DNA of 64,000 nt from the IMG/VR virus record IMGVR_UViG_3300028215_000034; one strand, 5' to 3'. How positions within the stretch are numbered: position 1 is the first letter of the stretch; every line of letters begins with the position of its first letter. Both the position numbers and the translations under genes were made by a program. The notes beneath the pieces were generated by a model, which saw only the letters and a list, made by a program, of their open reading frames with translations, had not been told where the DNA came from and searched no databases. Source of the DNA: an uncultured virus (IMG/VR IMGVR_UViG_3300028215_000034) (taxonomy: Duplodnaviria; Heunggongvirae; Uroviricota; Caudoviricetes; Schitoviridae). Below, piece after piece: positions 21,147 through 30,278 of the stretch.

Positions 21147-22847
21147 TTATGAAGTGCGGGGACGTGGGAATTCTGGAATAGCCATTGATTGGTCAGGTGT
21201 AGCGCCGGCCCGCTTTAAACGATCTGCTCGGCTGACAGCCTCTTCATTACTTATTGGCTCACTACTATTTGATTTGATATCTTCAAGAATTTCTTGTTTT
21301 GCCGCTGCCCTTGCCTCTGCCCTTGCCGTGCCAGGACCGGGCGTGCTCCGCTTCGCCGTTGCCTCTGCCCTTGCCGTTGCCGTTGCTTTTGCCGTTGCCC
21401 TTGCCGTGGATCTTTCGAGCATACTAATGGTTGACGCCAACCGATCATTACGATCAGCCGTACCACCACCAATACCGGCGTTGCGAAGTGCGGAAGCATT
21501 TATACCATCCACCATTTTGTTGTAGTCATCAAAGCGTTGTTTTGCGGCTACCAAATCGGTAGTTTCAACCAAATTTTGCAGGGCTTCATCAAACTCCGTA
21601 TCAATCTCAAAGAAGTCATCACCAACGCTTTGTGCAGCCATTTTAATAAGTTGTGGGGGTACCTTGATGAAGTTACCGTCGTCGAATACATCGATACCTT
21701 TAGTACTGCCGGCAGCAACATAATCCGCAATAAAGTCTTCTACTTTGTCACGGTTATTTGTGAAGTTAGAACCTTCCTGGGTAAGCTCATCAACCATAGT
21801 AGAAGCAACATCCAACGGGCTACCTACGTCCTCATCACTGCCTTTCCAGACGTTATTTTCGATTTCAAAGGCCTTACCAGCACGCTTAATAGCTGTATCA
21901 CGTTCACTCTTCTCTCTGGGTGCCAGTTGTTCTGTCCGACCTGCATAATAATCAGATGTTATTTTGGCACGTTCTGCCTGAGTCAGATCTGGGTACTGCT
22001 CAATCACAGACTGAGTTAGCTGATCAGCAGTCTGTGTGTCACTGCTTACACCGATTCCTTGACGTTTTACTGCTTCACTAAACAACTTTATATCAGCAGG
22101 GTTGGCACCTTCATAAACAACCTGACCGCCTTCACCTACAGATAGGCCAAATTTCTTGGCGGTATTTTGAAAACTAATGCCCATTTGTTCGTCAACAGAT
22201 TCCTGATCGGCTAGTGTATTATTGATAGCCGTATTAATATCTTCGGTTTTTTGAAGGGCATCTTTTTCACGCTTCCACTCGGCGCGGATAATGTCACGCT
22301 TATCCTTGGCAAACTCACGATCTTTTTTTCTAATAATCTCAGCAGCTCGGTAGTCAGCTACACCGGTAATCTGCTGTTGTAATTGTCCAGCGTTAGCAAA
22401 GTCATTATTATCTTTAATGGCTTGAGCGCCTTCCATGTCACGAGCAGCGATTCTTTCATTAAACCTGTTTAGAGCATCGCGGTTACCGAACGCTTTCTCC
22501 GATGCGGCATACTCCCGGTTAGCTGTTTGGTCTTTCCGTAGCCCCGTCACCCGGTCTGTAATAGCGTCAGAATCTGTCTTGTCACGATTGATCAAGTTAC
22601 CGAACTCGCTACGCATGTTGGCCACTTGGCCCGACTCTTGAGCCGCTGCCAGTTCCTCGGGTGAACCGAACTGCGACAGTTGATCCATGAACGCCTGTGT
22701 GTTGCGATCGGTACGGCCTTTCTCGAAGGTATCCTTACCTTGTCGAATGGCATCAACGCCTTCTGTAAGGGACTCACCTGCACGACCCAGTGTTTCAGAC
22801 ACACCTTCAAAGTTAGGGCCGTTTACGTTTTTCCAAGTAATAGGCAT
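21147..22847 (-). CDS. Ejection/structural protein (N4 gp51 homolog)
   Basis: Starts MPITWKNV as gp51-family proteins do, Cys-free, directly upstream of vRNAP. Confidence 0.75.
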   Translation of the reverse strand: MPITWKNVNGPNFEGVSETLGRAGESLTEGVDAIRQGKDTFEKGRTDRNTQAFMDQLSQFGSPEELAAAQESGQVANMRSEFGNLINRDKTDSDAITDRVTGLRKDQTANREYAASEKAFGNRDALNRFNERIAARDMEGAQAIKDNNDFANAGQLQQQITGVADYRAAEIIRKKDREFAKDKRDIIRAEWKREKDALQKTEDINTAINNTLADQESVDEQMGISFQNTAKKFGLSVGEGGQVVYEGANPADIKLFSEAVKRQGIGVSSDTQTADQLTQSVIEQYPDLTQAERAKITSDYYAGRTEQLAPREKSERDTAIKRAGKAFEIENNVWKGSDEDVGSPLDVASTMVDELTQEGSNFTNNRDKVEDFIADYVAAGSTKGIDVFDDGNFIKVPPQLIKMAAQSVGDDFFEIDTEFDEALQNLVETTDLVAAKQRFDDYNKMVDGINASALRNAGIGGGTADRNDRLASTISMLERSTARATAKATATARAEATAKRSTPGPGTARAEARAAAKQEILEDIKSNSSEPISNEEAVSRADRLKRAGATPDQSMAIPEFPRPRTS

Positions 22848-22848
22848 A

Positions 22849-23322
22849 TTATTTGATCCCGTTTTGCTTCATGTATTCGTCCGGGCTCACGTACTGGTCT
22901 GGGTTCTCAGTGTATCGACGCTTTTGACGATCTCTCATTTGTGTATTAGTGGTTTGCTTCTGGGCGCCGTAGTTCTTGTTGAACGATTGCTTTTGGAAGT
23001 CCAACTGATCCTTGGCAAGGCCAAGTTGCTTCATGCCCATGAAACCTTGTAGACCAGCAGACACGCCGCTTAATGCCAGGTTACCCCAGCCGTCTTCACC
23101 CAGCATGTTGTCCATAAAACCGCCGTCCCCTTTAGGAGAATCAGTAAATTGGGTTAGGTCCAACTGACCTGGCCTCGCAGTATTTCCAACAGGACTGGCA
23201 GTAATATTTCCATAACCAAAACCAGGCTTCATAAAGTCTGGTGTTGTCATACCACCTCTGAGCCCGCCACTTGGGTTAGGAACACCAGGACCAGGACTAA
23301 CGTAATTTGGATTAAATGCCAT
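22849..23322 (-). CDS. Virion protein (N4 gp52 homolog)
   Basis: Gly-rich segment then GLAKDQLDFQKQSFNKNYGAQKQTTNTQMRDRQ. Synteny. Confidence 0.8.
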   Translation of the reverse strand: MAFNPNYVSPGPGVPNPSGGLRGGMTTPDFMKPGFGYGNITASPVGNTARPGQLDLTQFTDSPKGDGGFMDNMLGEDGWGNLALSGVSAGLQGFMGMKQLGLAKDQLDFQKQSFNKNYGAQKQTTNTQMRDRQKRRYTENPDQYVSPDEYMKQNGIK

Positions 23323-25588
23323 AAAAAGTATCCCCTACTAAATTATTGAACGTTGGAAGCTGTACATTAATATCTACATACGATTCTATATAATCAAAAG
23401 CAAGTGTGCCGATGTTTCCTGAATGTACGGTTCTATTATATAGATCATCAGGTGATTCACCTGGATTTATAGTAGGGACCATACCTGTAAATGAACGAGG
23501 GTCAAGTAAATCATAACTGTTTAATAAGTTATCAATTTCTTCTAACTCTTCCATTTTACTTTCTGCTAACAAGGCAAACTCTTGTGCTTCTGATTTATAC
23601 TCCAGTATCTGTTCTTGCATTAATTGCGTTGACGCATTAACCAACCCATTTGCCGCCTGTATGGCGTAGTTTACCCATTCAGCATCAACTGCTACGCCAT
23701 AACCTGCCGCAATAAAAGCAGCAACAGCAAGAACAATAGTTACATCCAATCCTAATTCATCAGCAACCATCTTAATAGCTGTGGTTACTGCTGTTGATAT
23801 AGCGTAACCAACGGCCAAATGAACCAGTACATAAACTGCCACCATACCGTAAGCACCTGCTAGCATAGCCCCTCCTATAGGTGAAGCAGCACCGGCCGTT
23901 GCTATTATTATTATTACTGCAACAATAATCATTAATATCTGGAAAACACCCGTCTGATACCACTTGACGGTTTTTGTTATTCGAGAGTTCATAACAAAAT
24001 GAAGTGACCGTGAGAACAGTACTTCCTTATGATCAAATCGAAGTGTTTTAGCAATGGTGTAATCAATCGGAATCAGCAACTTGTCTGAACCAATATTGGC
24101 GGTAATGCCTTTACTACCGAAGATGTTGTAACGCATCTGTAGGTTATCAACGATGATCTCATCGTATAGGTTGGTTTGGACCTGGTGCCGGTAACGAAGC
24201 AGATCAACTACGTAAGTCTCCACAACCTCTTCACCATTACACGTTCTATCTTCACCAGAGCCCGTACACACGTTACGCCAAACAGTACGTGTGCGGTTTT
24301 CTTGGATAATCTCATGGGTGTAGGTATCTACCTCACCGATCGACCCGCCCTGGCGCCGGCGCTTGAGGTTGGAAAAACTCAACGTACAGTCAAAATCGGC
24401 ATCTTTAAATCGAACGGCGTGATCAGGACGTGTGTGGGTAATGCCACCAACAGATTGAAACCGACTGGTGTTTGGGCTTTTCAGGTAAAGCCAATTAAAA
24501 AATTTGTACAGGTATTCAATCTCTTCTGAGTTTTCTGAACTGGCCGGTACCGCAAACATCATGACGGCCTGATCCAGCTTATCGATGTCTGGGTTTTCAT
24601 GAATCGTATCGCCCAGCTCCTGGAAGTTCATACCCAATTTACTCACCAAATCATCAGTGCTTTTGTACTCCTCCGTGTCATGGTATTGCGAAGCTGTGCG
24701 GTTGGTATCGTTGTGTCGAAACAGTACAGCCGGCATAAACGTGCCGCTGGTTTCTGTATCGTTGTCATGTATGGCGTCCAGTATCGGGTAGACGCCGCCG
24801 CCGTATTCGTAAGTGAAGTAACCAGTAATGGTTTGCCCACTCACGGTATACCGGTATTTGGCCTGGAAGTACTCCACATCCTCATCGAAACTTTCTAGGT
24901 TGAAAAACAGCGTACTTTCGTAACCGTCTTCCTCAACCAAATGCACCATGACACCATCTGATATAGCGCCACCCATTTGCCATACAGGTGTCTTTGTATC
25001 GGCGCTACGAGAAGGTATGTACCGATCCTGTGGGTGTCTGCCCCAGACTTCCATTGTGCCATCGTCAGGGGCTCTTTCAGTCTCTGACGTGGCCGTGGCA
25101 TCCGGGCTTATGGCGGTGGTGTTGATGTATCCCACCATATCTTTGACCCAGACCTTATGGCCTTTTTGGTCAGACAATGTTTTCACTTCATTGGTGAACT
25201 CATCGTAGCCATAATCGGCGGTTAGCTTTTGCCAACCCACATGCAGATTGTTCATCGGTGCAAAGTAGAAGTAGTCCATGCTAATGGCCTGGCCCACTTC
25301 AAGCTCAAGGATATTCTTGAGGGTCTCTTTACCATCTGAGGCGTCCAGAATGCTGGCTTCTAGGGTGCCGTAAATATAGTCGCCTCGGGCCGCAGCTCGG
25401 TAAGCACGCTCAGCTTTTAAAGAAAAACTCTGCATCGCATTATTGACGATCGTATGGGTAATGCGGGTGTCGGTAAAAATCGAATCAATCACATTCTTTT
25501 GTCGTAAATCGGGTATTTGCGAATCGCCTATAACCCGAGTTATCTCGGTACCGACATACGTTTTTTTCTTACCGCTAAAAATTCCCAT
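23312..25588 (-). CDS. N4 gp53 homolog with C-terminal hydrophobic helices
   Basis: Likely start MGIFSGKKKTYV (ATG at 25588). VKWYQTGVF is followed by a long hydrophobic region. Confidence 0.8.
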   Translation of the reverse strand: MGIFSGKKKTYVGTEITRVIGDSQIPDLRQKNVIDSIFTDTRITHTIVNNAMQSFSLKAERAYRAAARGDYIYGTLEASILDASDGKETLKNILELEVGQAISMDYFYFAPMNNLHVGWQKLTADYGYDEFTNEVKTLSDQKGHKVWVKDMVGYINTTAISPDATATSETERAPDDGTMEVWGRHPQDRYIPSRSADTKTPVWQMGGAISDGVMVHLVEEDGYESTLFFNLESFDEDVEYFQAKYRYTVSGQTITGYFTYEYGGGVYPILDAIHDNDTETSGTFMPAVLFRHNDTNRTASQYHDTEEYKSTDDLVSKLGMNFQELGDTIHENPDIDKLDQAVMMFAVPASSENSEEIEYLYKFFNWLYLKSPNTSRFQSVGGITHTRPDHAVRFKDADFDCTLSFSNLKRRRQGGSIGEVDTYTHEIIQENRTRTVWRNVCTGSGEDRTCNGEEVVETYVVDLLRYRHQVQTNLYDEIIVDNLQMRYNIFGSKGITANIGSDKLLIPIDYTIAKTLRFDHKEVLFSRSLHFVMNSRITKTVKWYQTGVFQILMIIVAVIIIIATAGAASPIGGAMLAGAYGMVAVYVLVHLAVGYAISTAVTTAIKMVADELGLDVTIVLAVAAFIAAGYGVAVDAEWVNYAIQAANGLVNASTQLMQEQILEYKSEAQEFALLAESKMEELEEIDNLLNSYDLLDPRSFTGMVPTINPGESPDDLYNRTVHSGNIGTLAFDYIESYVDINVQLPTFNNLVGDTFYGI

Positions 25589-25614
25589 ACGTGTGCCTTT
25601 TTTGCCTGAATACA

Positions 25615-25640
25615 AAGAAAGGGGCCGTAGCCCCTTTCTT
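25615..25640 (-). terminator. Stem-loop with UACG tetraloop downstream of the gp54 homolog
   Basis: Minus strand reads AAGAAAGGGGC-TACG-GCCCCTTTCTT. Confidence 0.65.
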
Positions 25641-25664
25641 ATTGCGTGAATAAATCACTACTGC

Positions 25665-26801
25665 TTATGTTGGTGGTGTCTGCCTGATCCCATCCAGCAG
25701 CATACTAATGGCTTCACCAACTTTTTCGTCTCCTAGATTATTACCGGTATCAACACCGTCAGCACTGCCGGCGATGGTGGTACTGTCCATCGTTTTACGG
25801 ACGTTCCAAGTATCGACCATTAGCTTGGCAGCTTTCTGCTCAGCGTCCCGGACGTACCCGTTTTTCTGGCCATCGTACAAGGCGATCTGCTTGCCTATAA
25901 CACTGTTTTCACTAATACCTGCACCTGTCGTCTGGGCTTGCTCAGTAACCTTTTTCTGGCTTAGTAAAGCGGTCTCTGAAATGGTCTTGAGCTTCTGCTC
26001 ATTAATCAGGTCAAACTCAGCACTGAGCTTGCACTCTTGGGCGGTCAGTACCGTACCCTCAATAATGGCGTTAGCCGTTTGTTGCTCAGTCATTGAAGTC
26101 TGGGCCTCAATCTGAGTTTTCTGTGCAGTTTGAGTTTCTACTTGCGAATCAATCAATTCACCCTGCTTGGGGATATTCAACCCTTCGGCAGTTAGGTTTG
26201 CGGTTTGAATTTCAATGCGGCTATTTTCAGATGCCAAATTCAGTTTTTGTTGTATTTGTACTGCGTTTTGTGAATCAATCAATTCACCTTGTTTAGGTAC
26301 GTTTAAAGTCTCGGCTGATATTTGATCTGTCTGAGCAACTGTTAGGTTATTTTCAGTTACCAAATTTACTGCTTGCTGTTCTTTTACAGTTATTTCGGCA
26401 TCAATTGCCGCACCCTGTTTAGGGATATTGAGTGCTTCTGCAATCAGGTTTTCTGTCTGTTGTTCAGCCATGGCCGTTTGAGCCACAATCTGGTCACGCG
26501 TTGCCACCAGGTTTTGTGTCTGCTCTGCGATTTGAAGCTGGTTCAGTGCTTCAGATTCAATTTGCTTCTCAATCAACTGGGCCTGTAGGTCCACCTGTTG
26601 CTGTTGCAAAAGGAATTGCAATGATTGGCTCATCACAGACTGCATGGCCCCGAGGTAGACCGTGGCATACTCAGAACCTTTGATACGGTTCTTTTGGTAC
26701 TCTACCTGGATGTGGGCATTGGTGGCTTTCATTAGCCCGTCGAAGACGCCAGTCCCGTCTACAACACCTGTCGTCAGGTCGGTTACCGTAATTGCTGTCA
26801 T
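25665..26801 (-). CDS. Structural protein (N4 gp54 homolog) with three 42-aa repeats
   Basis: DLTTGVVDGTGVFDGLM...RIKGSEYATVYLG N-terminus, GKQIALY...YVRDAEQKAAK...DTW C-terminus. Confidence 0.8.
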   Translation of the reverse strand: MTAITVTDLTTGVVDGTGVFDGLMKATNAHIQVEYQKNRIKGSEYATVYLGAMQSVMSQSLQFLLQQQQVDLQAQLIEKQIESEALNQLQIAEQTQNLVATRDQIVAQTAMAEQQTENLIAEALNIPKQGAAIDAEITVKEQQAVNLVTENNLTVAQTDQISAETLNVPKQGELIDSQNAVQIQQKLNLASENSRIEIQTANLTAEGLNIPKQGELIDSQVETQTAQKTQIEAQTSMTEQQTANAIIEGTVLTAQECKLSAEFDLINEQKLKTISETALLSQKKVTEQAQTTGAGISENSVIGKQIALYDGQKNGYVRDAEQKAAKLMVDTWNVRKTMDSTTIAGSADGVDTGNNLGDEKVGEAISMLLDGIRQTPPT

Positions 26802-26826
26802 AAATCTACCTCACTTTTCCAGTGTA

Positions 26827-27390
26827 TTAAGTGGTGGCTGCTGTGCCTTTCGCCATAGCCTGACGTTGAGCCAATTCTTTCAACTCGTCAGCAGTCAGCG
26901 GCTCAAGCTCCACAACACTGAACTCACGGATCAATTTACCTTCTTTGATGGGTCGGCCTTTCGGACCTTTTCGTGTGGTAAAGATTTGGCACTGGGCCTG
27001 CTTGATCATATCGAAAATGATGCGGGGCACATGCCATTCAGTATCAAAAGGTACAACTTTACGGAAGGTACCAACGATGCCGTTACCGGCCATAAAAAGC
27101 TGGTTGTCGTAATCCCGTTTATGCGGGTTCATGCACGTAATTTGGACGCGAACTTGTTTTGACGCTTCACGCTTCATACGAAGGCGAAAGGCGGTTTTAC
27201 TTTCAGGCTCGTCTTCAGTTTCTGTCTTGTTAAGCTCAATATCTGGTGTAGTAGCGGCCGCCACTTTTTCAAGCAACTTACCCAGGCCAATGCTCGGGTG
27301 ATATGCAACGCCAATCGTATCGGCATGCGTCTTCAACTCTTCCAATTCGTTTGGGACAGTAGGCTCTTGTGTAGTCGTAACGTCGGTCAT
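26827..27390 (-). CDS. N4 gp55 homolog
   Basis: VRVQITCMNP...WHVP...EFSVVELEPLT..EL.ELA.RQ motifs. Adjacent to MCP. Confidence 0.8.
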   Translation of the reverse strand: MTDVTTTQEPTVPNELEELKTHADTIGVAYHPSIGLGKLLEKVAAATTPDIELNKTETEDEPESKTAFRLRMKREASKQVRVQITCMNPHKRDYDNQLFMAGNGIVGTFRKVVPFDTEWHVPRIIFDMIKQAQCQIFTTRKGPKGRPIKEGKLIREFSVVELEPLTADELKELAQRQAMAKGTAATT

Positions 27391-27411
27391 CTAATTGGCT
27401 CCAAACTTCAA

Positions 27412-27445
27412 AATAAAGGCTAAGGGGCGGCGAACCACCCCTTAG
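27412..27445 (-). terminator. Intrinsic terminator after major capsid gene
   Basis: Minus strand CTAAGGGGTGG-TTCG-CCGCCCCTTAG followed by a T-rich tail. Confidence 0.75.
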
Positions 27446-27463
27446 TAATCAACTACCTACTAC

Positions 27464-28633
27464 TTACAGAACAGCGGCGGTTTTAATCATCGCAATACGC
27501 TCTGCACGCTCAAGCAAGAAGCCGTAGAACCATTTGATGGACATGAAGCCTGTCTCACCATAAGGGTCCATGGCATAGCTTGCTTCTGAGCCCGGCTTGC
27601 TGTGTTTGATCTTGAACTTCACGGTCTTACCATCGGTCTGAAAACCAATAGTAGAAAAGGAAGCATCACCAACCACCAGCATCGGAAACACGTCGTAGGC
27701 CTCGCCAGTTTCGTAATGAGTTGAGGTATCTGATGCGTTAGCACCAGCGCCTGCGAACTTCATCATTTCGGGAACGACCACAATACGGAAGTAACCAACA
27801 GTACCGATTTCACCGTTCAGAATAGTGCCGCCGGAGCCGTACTTCTGGACTGGGATAAAGGCTTGATTACCGTGCAGATCCGTCATGCCTTCGATAGTAG
27901 GTTGCATCTCGGAACCAACGTACATAACGCGGCCGCCCGGAATGGTTTTGGTATCAACCAGGCGAGTACCGGTAATGACTTTGGTTTGCTTGGGAGTACG
28001 GTTCTGATCCAGGTCAATGGACAGTCGCAGCAAGTCGTCATACGTGACGATAGACGTGGCATCTACCGTATCATCAGAGCTTGCAGCACCGGCGTATTTA
28101 ACAACGCCTGCTGACATCAACAGATCGATTTGCAAAAGGTCTTCGGTAATTTCACCGGCACCGTTGAGCATTTCGCGGTTGATGTGCATCAGCAAATCCG
28201 CATCACTGTCGAAGTCCATGGATTCCTGGGTGTATTCATCAAAGAAGCCAAACTTGGAAATGGAGCCTTCAATTTCCTTACGCTTGAAGCCCACACGGTT
28301 AACCCGGCCGCCAGATTCAGAGAGCACCGGCATCTTGCCTGGGATAGAACCTACGTCCTTGCTTGAGCCATACAGGTTACCGTCAACAAGTTCTGAACCG
28401 CCAGCGTCCAGGCCTTGATCGTTGTTGTTCTCGTCATCAAGCAAGGGCAGATACTGGTACATCTTCATGGTTTTACCCATGTGCTTAGGCATGGAGCGTA
28501 CATTGGCCAGTTGGCCGAAATGCTGCTCACGACGCATCTCAATAAGAGCGCGTTTTTCATAAACATCAGTACGGATCTGAGTACCGACTTGCGACTCATC
28601 ACCACCGGCTGGATCGTTATATTGTCTAGGCAT
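27464..28633 (-). CDS. Major capsid protein (N4 gp56 family)
   Basis: MPKHMGK, YLPLLDD.N.NDQG, GNLYGSSKDVG, GGRVNRVGF, DPYGETGF. Confidence 0.95.
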   Translation of the reverse strand: MPRQYNDPAGGDESQVGTQIRTDVYEKRALIEMRREQHFGQLANVRSMPKHMGKTMKMYQYLPLLDDENNNDQGLDAGGSELVDGNLYGSSKDVGSIPGKMPVLSESGGRVNRVGFKRKEIEGSISKFGFFDEYTQESMDFDSDADLLMHINREMLNGAGEITEDLLQIDLLMSAGVVKYAGAASSDDTVDATSIVTYDDLLRLSIDLDQNRTPKQTKVITGTRLVDTKTIPGGRVMYVGSEMQPTIEGMTDLHGNQAFIPVQKYGSGGTILNGEIGTVGYFRIVVVPEMMKFAGAGANASDTSTHYETGEAYDVFPMLVVGDASFSTIGFQTDGKTVKFKIKHSKPGSEASYAMDPYGETGFMSIKWFYGFLLERAERIAMIKTAAVL

Positions 28634-28646
28634 AAAATTTCCTTAC

Positions 28647-29849
28647 TTACATGAGTTGATCGTTGTACTGCTTTTCGTACTCTTCATCAGACATAGCCAA
28701 CGGGTTAATGTCTGGAGCCTTAACAGCAGGTTTAGCTTTGGTGGAGCTTGCAGCTCGCTTCTTACTTTTCAGGGCCGGATTGTCGACGGCTTTTCGAGCG
28801 GAGGTGACTGTCTGCTTAGCAGGTGGCGCTGACTCTTGGCTTTCGCCAGTGGAGACAAACTTGCCTTGCTTGTGCATTGCATCGCCGGTTTGCGAATAAG
28901 CCTCGTAATCTGAAAGCCCTTTTAAGCGACCTAACGCACGTTCACGTTCAACCTCATTACTGACCTGCTCATAAATTCCACTAGCTACGTGGTCATTGAT
29001 TACAGTTAGCACTTGGGGGTTGTTAGCGATCGTTTGCTTACTTGCTTCGTCCCACTTATTGCTGACAACGCCAATGGTTTTTGAATAGGTCGGTGAATCT
29101 GCAATAGATTCCAGCACCTCGTCCAGTTCCATCTCACGATCATCTACATTGTAAGTATTGGGTTTGTAGTCGCTGTCGGCATCGGTATCCACATCTAAGG
29201 GATCGACGCCGCTGTCTTTAATTAACTGCTTAATAGCACCTGGATCTTTCTTATGTAGATCGATCAGGTAATTCAATTTGCCTTCGTCCAGGAGACCATT
29301 GTTCTCCAGAAGTTTTACGGTCTTCAAAGATGGCTTTAAACCTGCCATCTTCTTGTTGTAATTGGCGCCCATTTTCATGAGCTGCATGGCTTCGTCTGTA
29401 TTCTTGACTTGCATTTCCTTACCGTTTGCACGGAAGGGAGCCATCAACTTGTTGTATTCAGTTTCGTAATTAAGGGGTTCAGCTTTCTCTTCGGTTGTAT
29501 CAGCCTTGTCTGCTTCTTCACCAGGTTCAGTCTCGGCAGTCTTATCGGCTTCAGGGGCGCCCTCTTCAGCCTCACCCTCGCTTTCTGACTCGGCAGCTTC
29601 ACCTTCTTCTTCTTCTGTTACATCCTCCGAGTCAGAGGCCTCTGCTGTCGCGCCGGCCTCATCCTCGTCGGTATCCGTGTCTTCTTCCTGGTCAGCTTCT
29701 GGGTCGTCGTTTTCAACAGCATCAGCTTCGGGCTCAACAATTTCTTCAGCTTCAAAAGCATTCGGGTCCAGCTTTTCAAACTCGCCGTCAGACATACCCA
29801 GTGGAGAAGTATCTTGCTCTTGGTTATTGTCTTGAGTTGATTCTGGCAT
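28647..29849 (-). CDS. N4 gp57 homolog (acidic; annotated tape-measure or scaffold-like)
   Basis: Very acidic N-terminus, PFRANGKE...LMKMGANYNKKM motif. Confidence 0.85.
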   Translation of the reverse strand: MPESTQDNNQEQDTSPLGMSDGEFEKLDPNAFEAEEIVEPEADAVENDDPEADQEEDTDTDEDEAGATAEASDSEDVTEEEEGEAAESESEGEAEEGAPEADKTAETEPGEEADKADTTEEKAEPLNYETEYNKLMAPFRANGKEMQVKNTDEAMQLMKMGANYNKKMAGLKPSLKTVKLLENNGLLDEGKLNYLIDLHKKDPGAIKQLIKDSGVDPLDVDTDADSDYKPNTYNVDDREMELDEVLESIADSPTYSKTIGVVSNKWDEASKQTIANNPQVLTVINDHVASGIYEQVSNEVERERALGRLKGLSDYEAYSQTGDAMHKQGKFVSTGESQESAPPAKQTVTSARKAVDNPALKSKKRAASSTKAKPAVKAPDINPLAMSDEEYEKQYNDQLM

Positions 29850-30190
29850 TAGTCAGCTTCCTCGTTACGCAACTCTTCAAGTGACAACTCACACTCAACA
29901 ATGGCTTCTTTTGCCATAGTGGCTTTGTGTTCAATTACGGTGAAGAACTGAGCCAATGAACCAATAGCGTCGATGTCCCGGATAATGCTTGCCTGGTCTG
30001 TAGCAGCCTGCATTCCTGGGGTAGATTTCAGATGAACAAGCCGCACTGCTTCTTTAGAGAAGTAGCCGTCAACAATGATTCGCTTAAAATATTTGTTATT
30101 TTTAAGTTGAGCGAGATCCTTACTAAGGTCCACAAACTCTTTGGCTTCTTTCATGTTCAATTCAATATCGTGTACTTCGCTATGGCTCAT
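29849..30190 (-). CDS. N4 gp58 homolog
   Basis: FKRIIVDGYFSKEAVRLV motif. Lies between portal and gp57. Confidence 0.8.
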   Translation of the reverse strand: MSHSEVHDIELNMKEAKEFVDLSKDLAQLKNNKYFKRIIVDGYFSKEAVRLVHLKSTPGMQAATDQASIIRDIDAIGSLAQFFTVIEHKATMAKEAIVECELSLEELRNEEAD

Positions 30191-30213
30191 AATGATCCCT
30201 GATAAGTGGTTAA

Positions 30214-30255
30214 TGTATTACTGTCATCTACCTTGTAATAAATGACAGTAATACA
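30214..30255. repeat. Perfect 14-bp inverted repeat in the portal/gp58 gap
   Basis: TGTATTACTGTCAT / ATGACAGTAATACA. Confidence 0.85.
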
Positions 30256-30278
30256 ATTTGAATTATTTATCCAAATTT

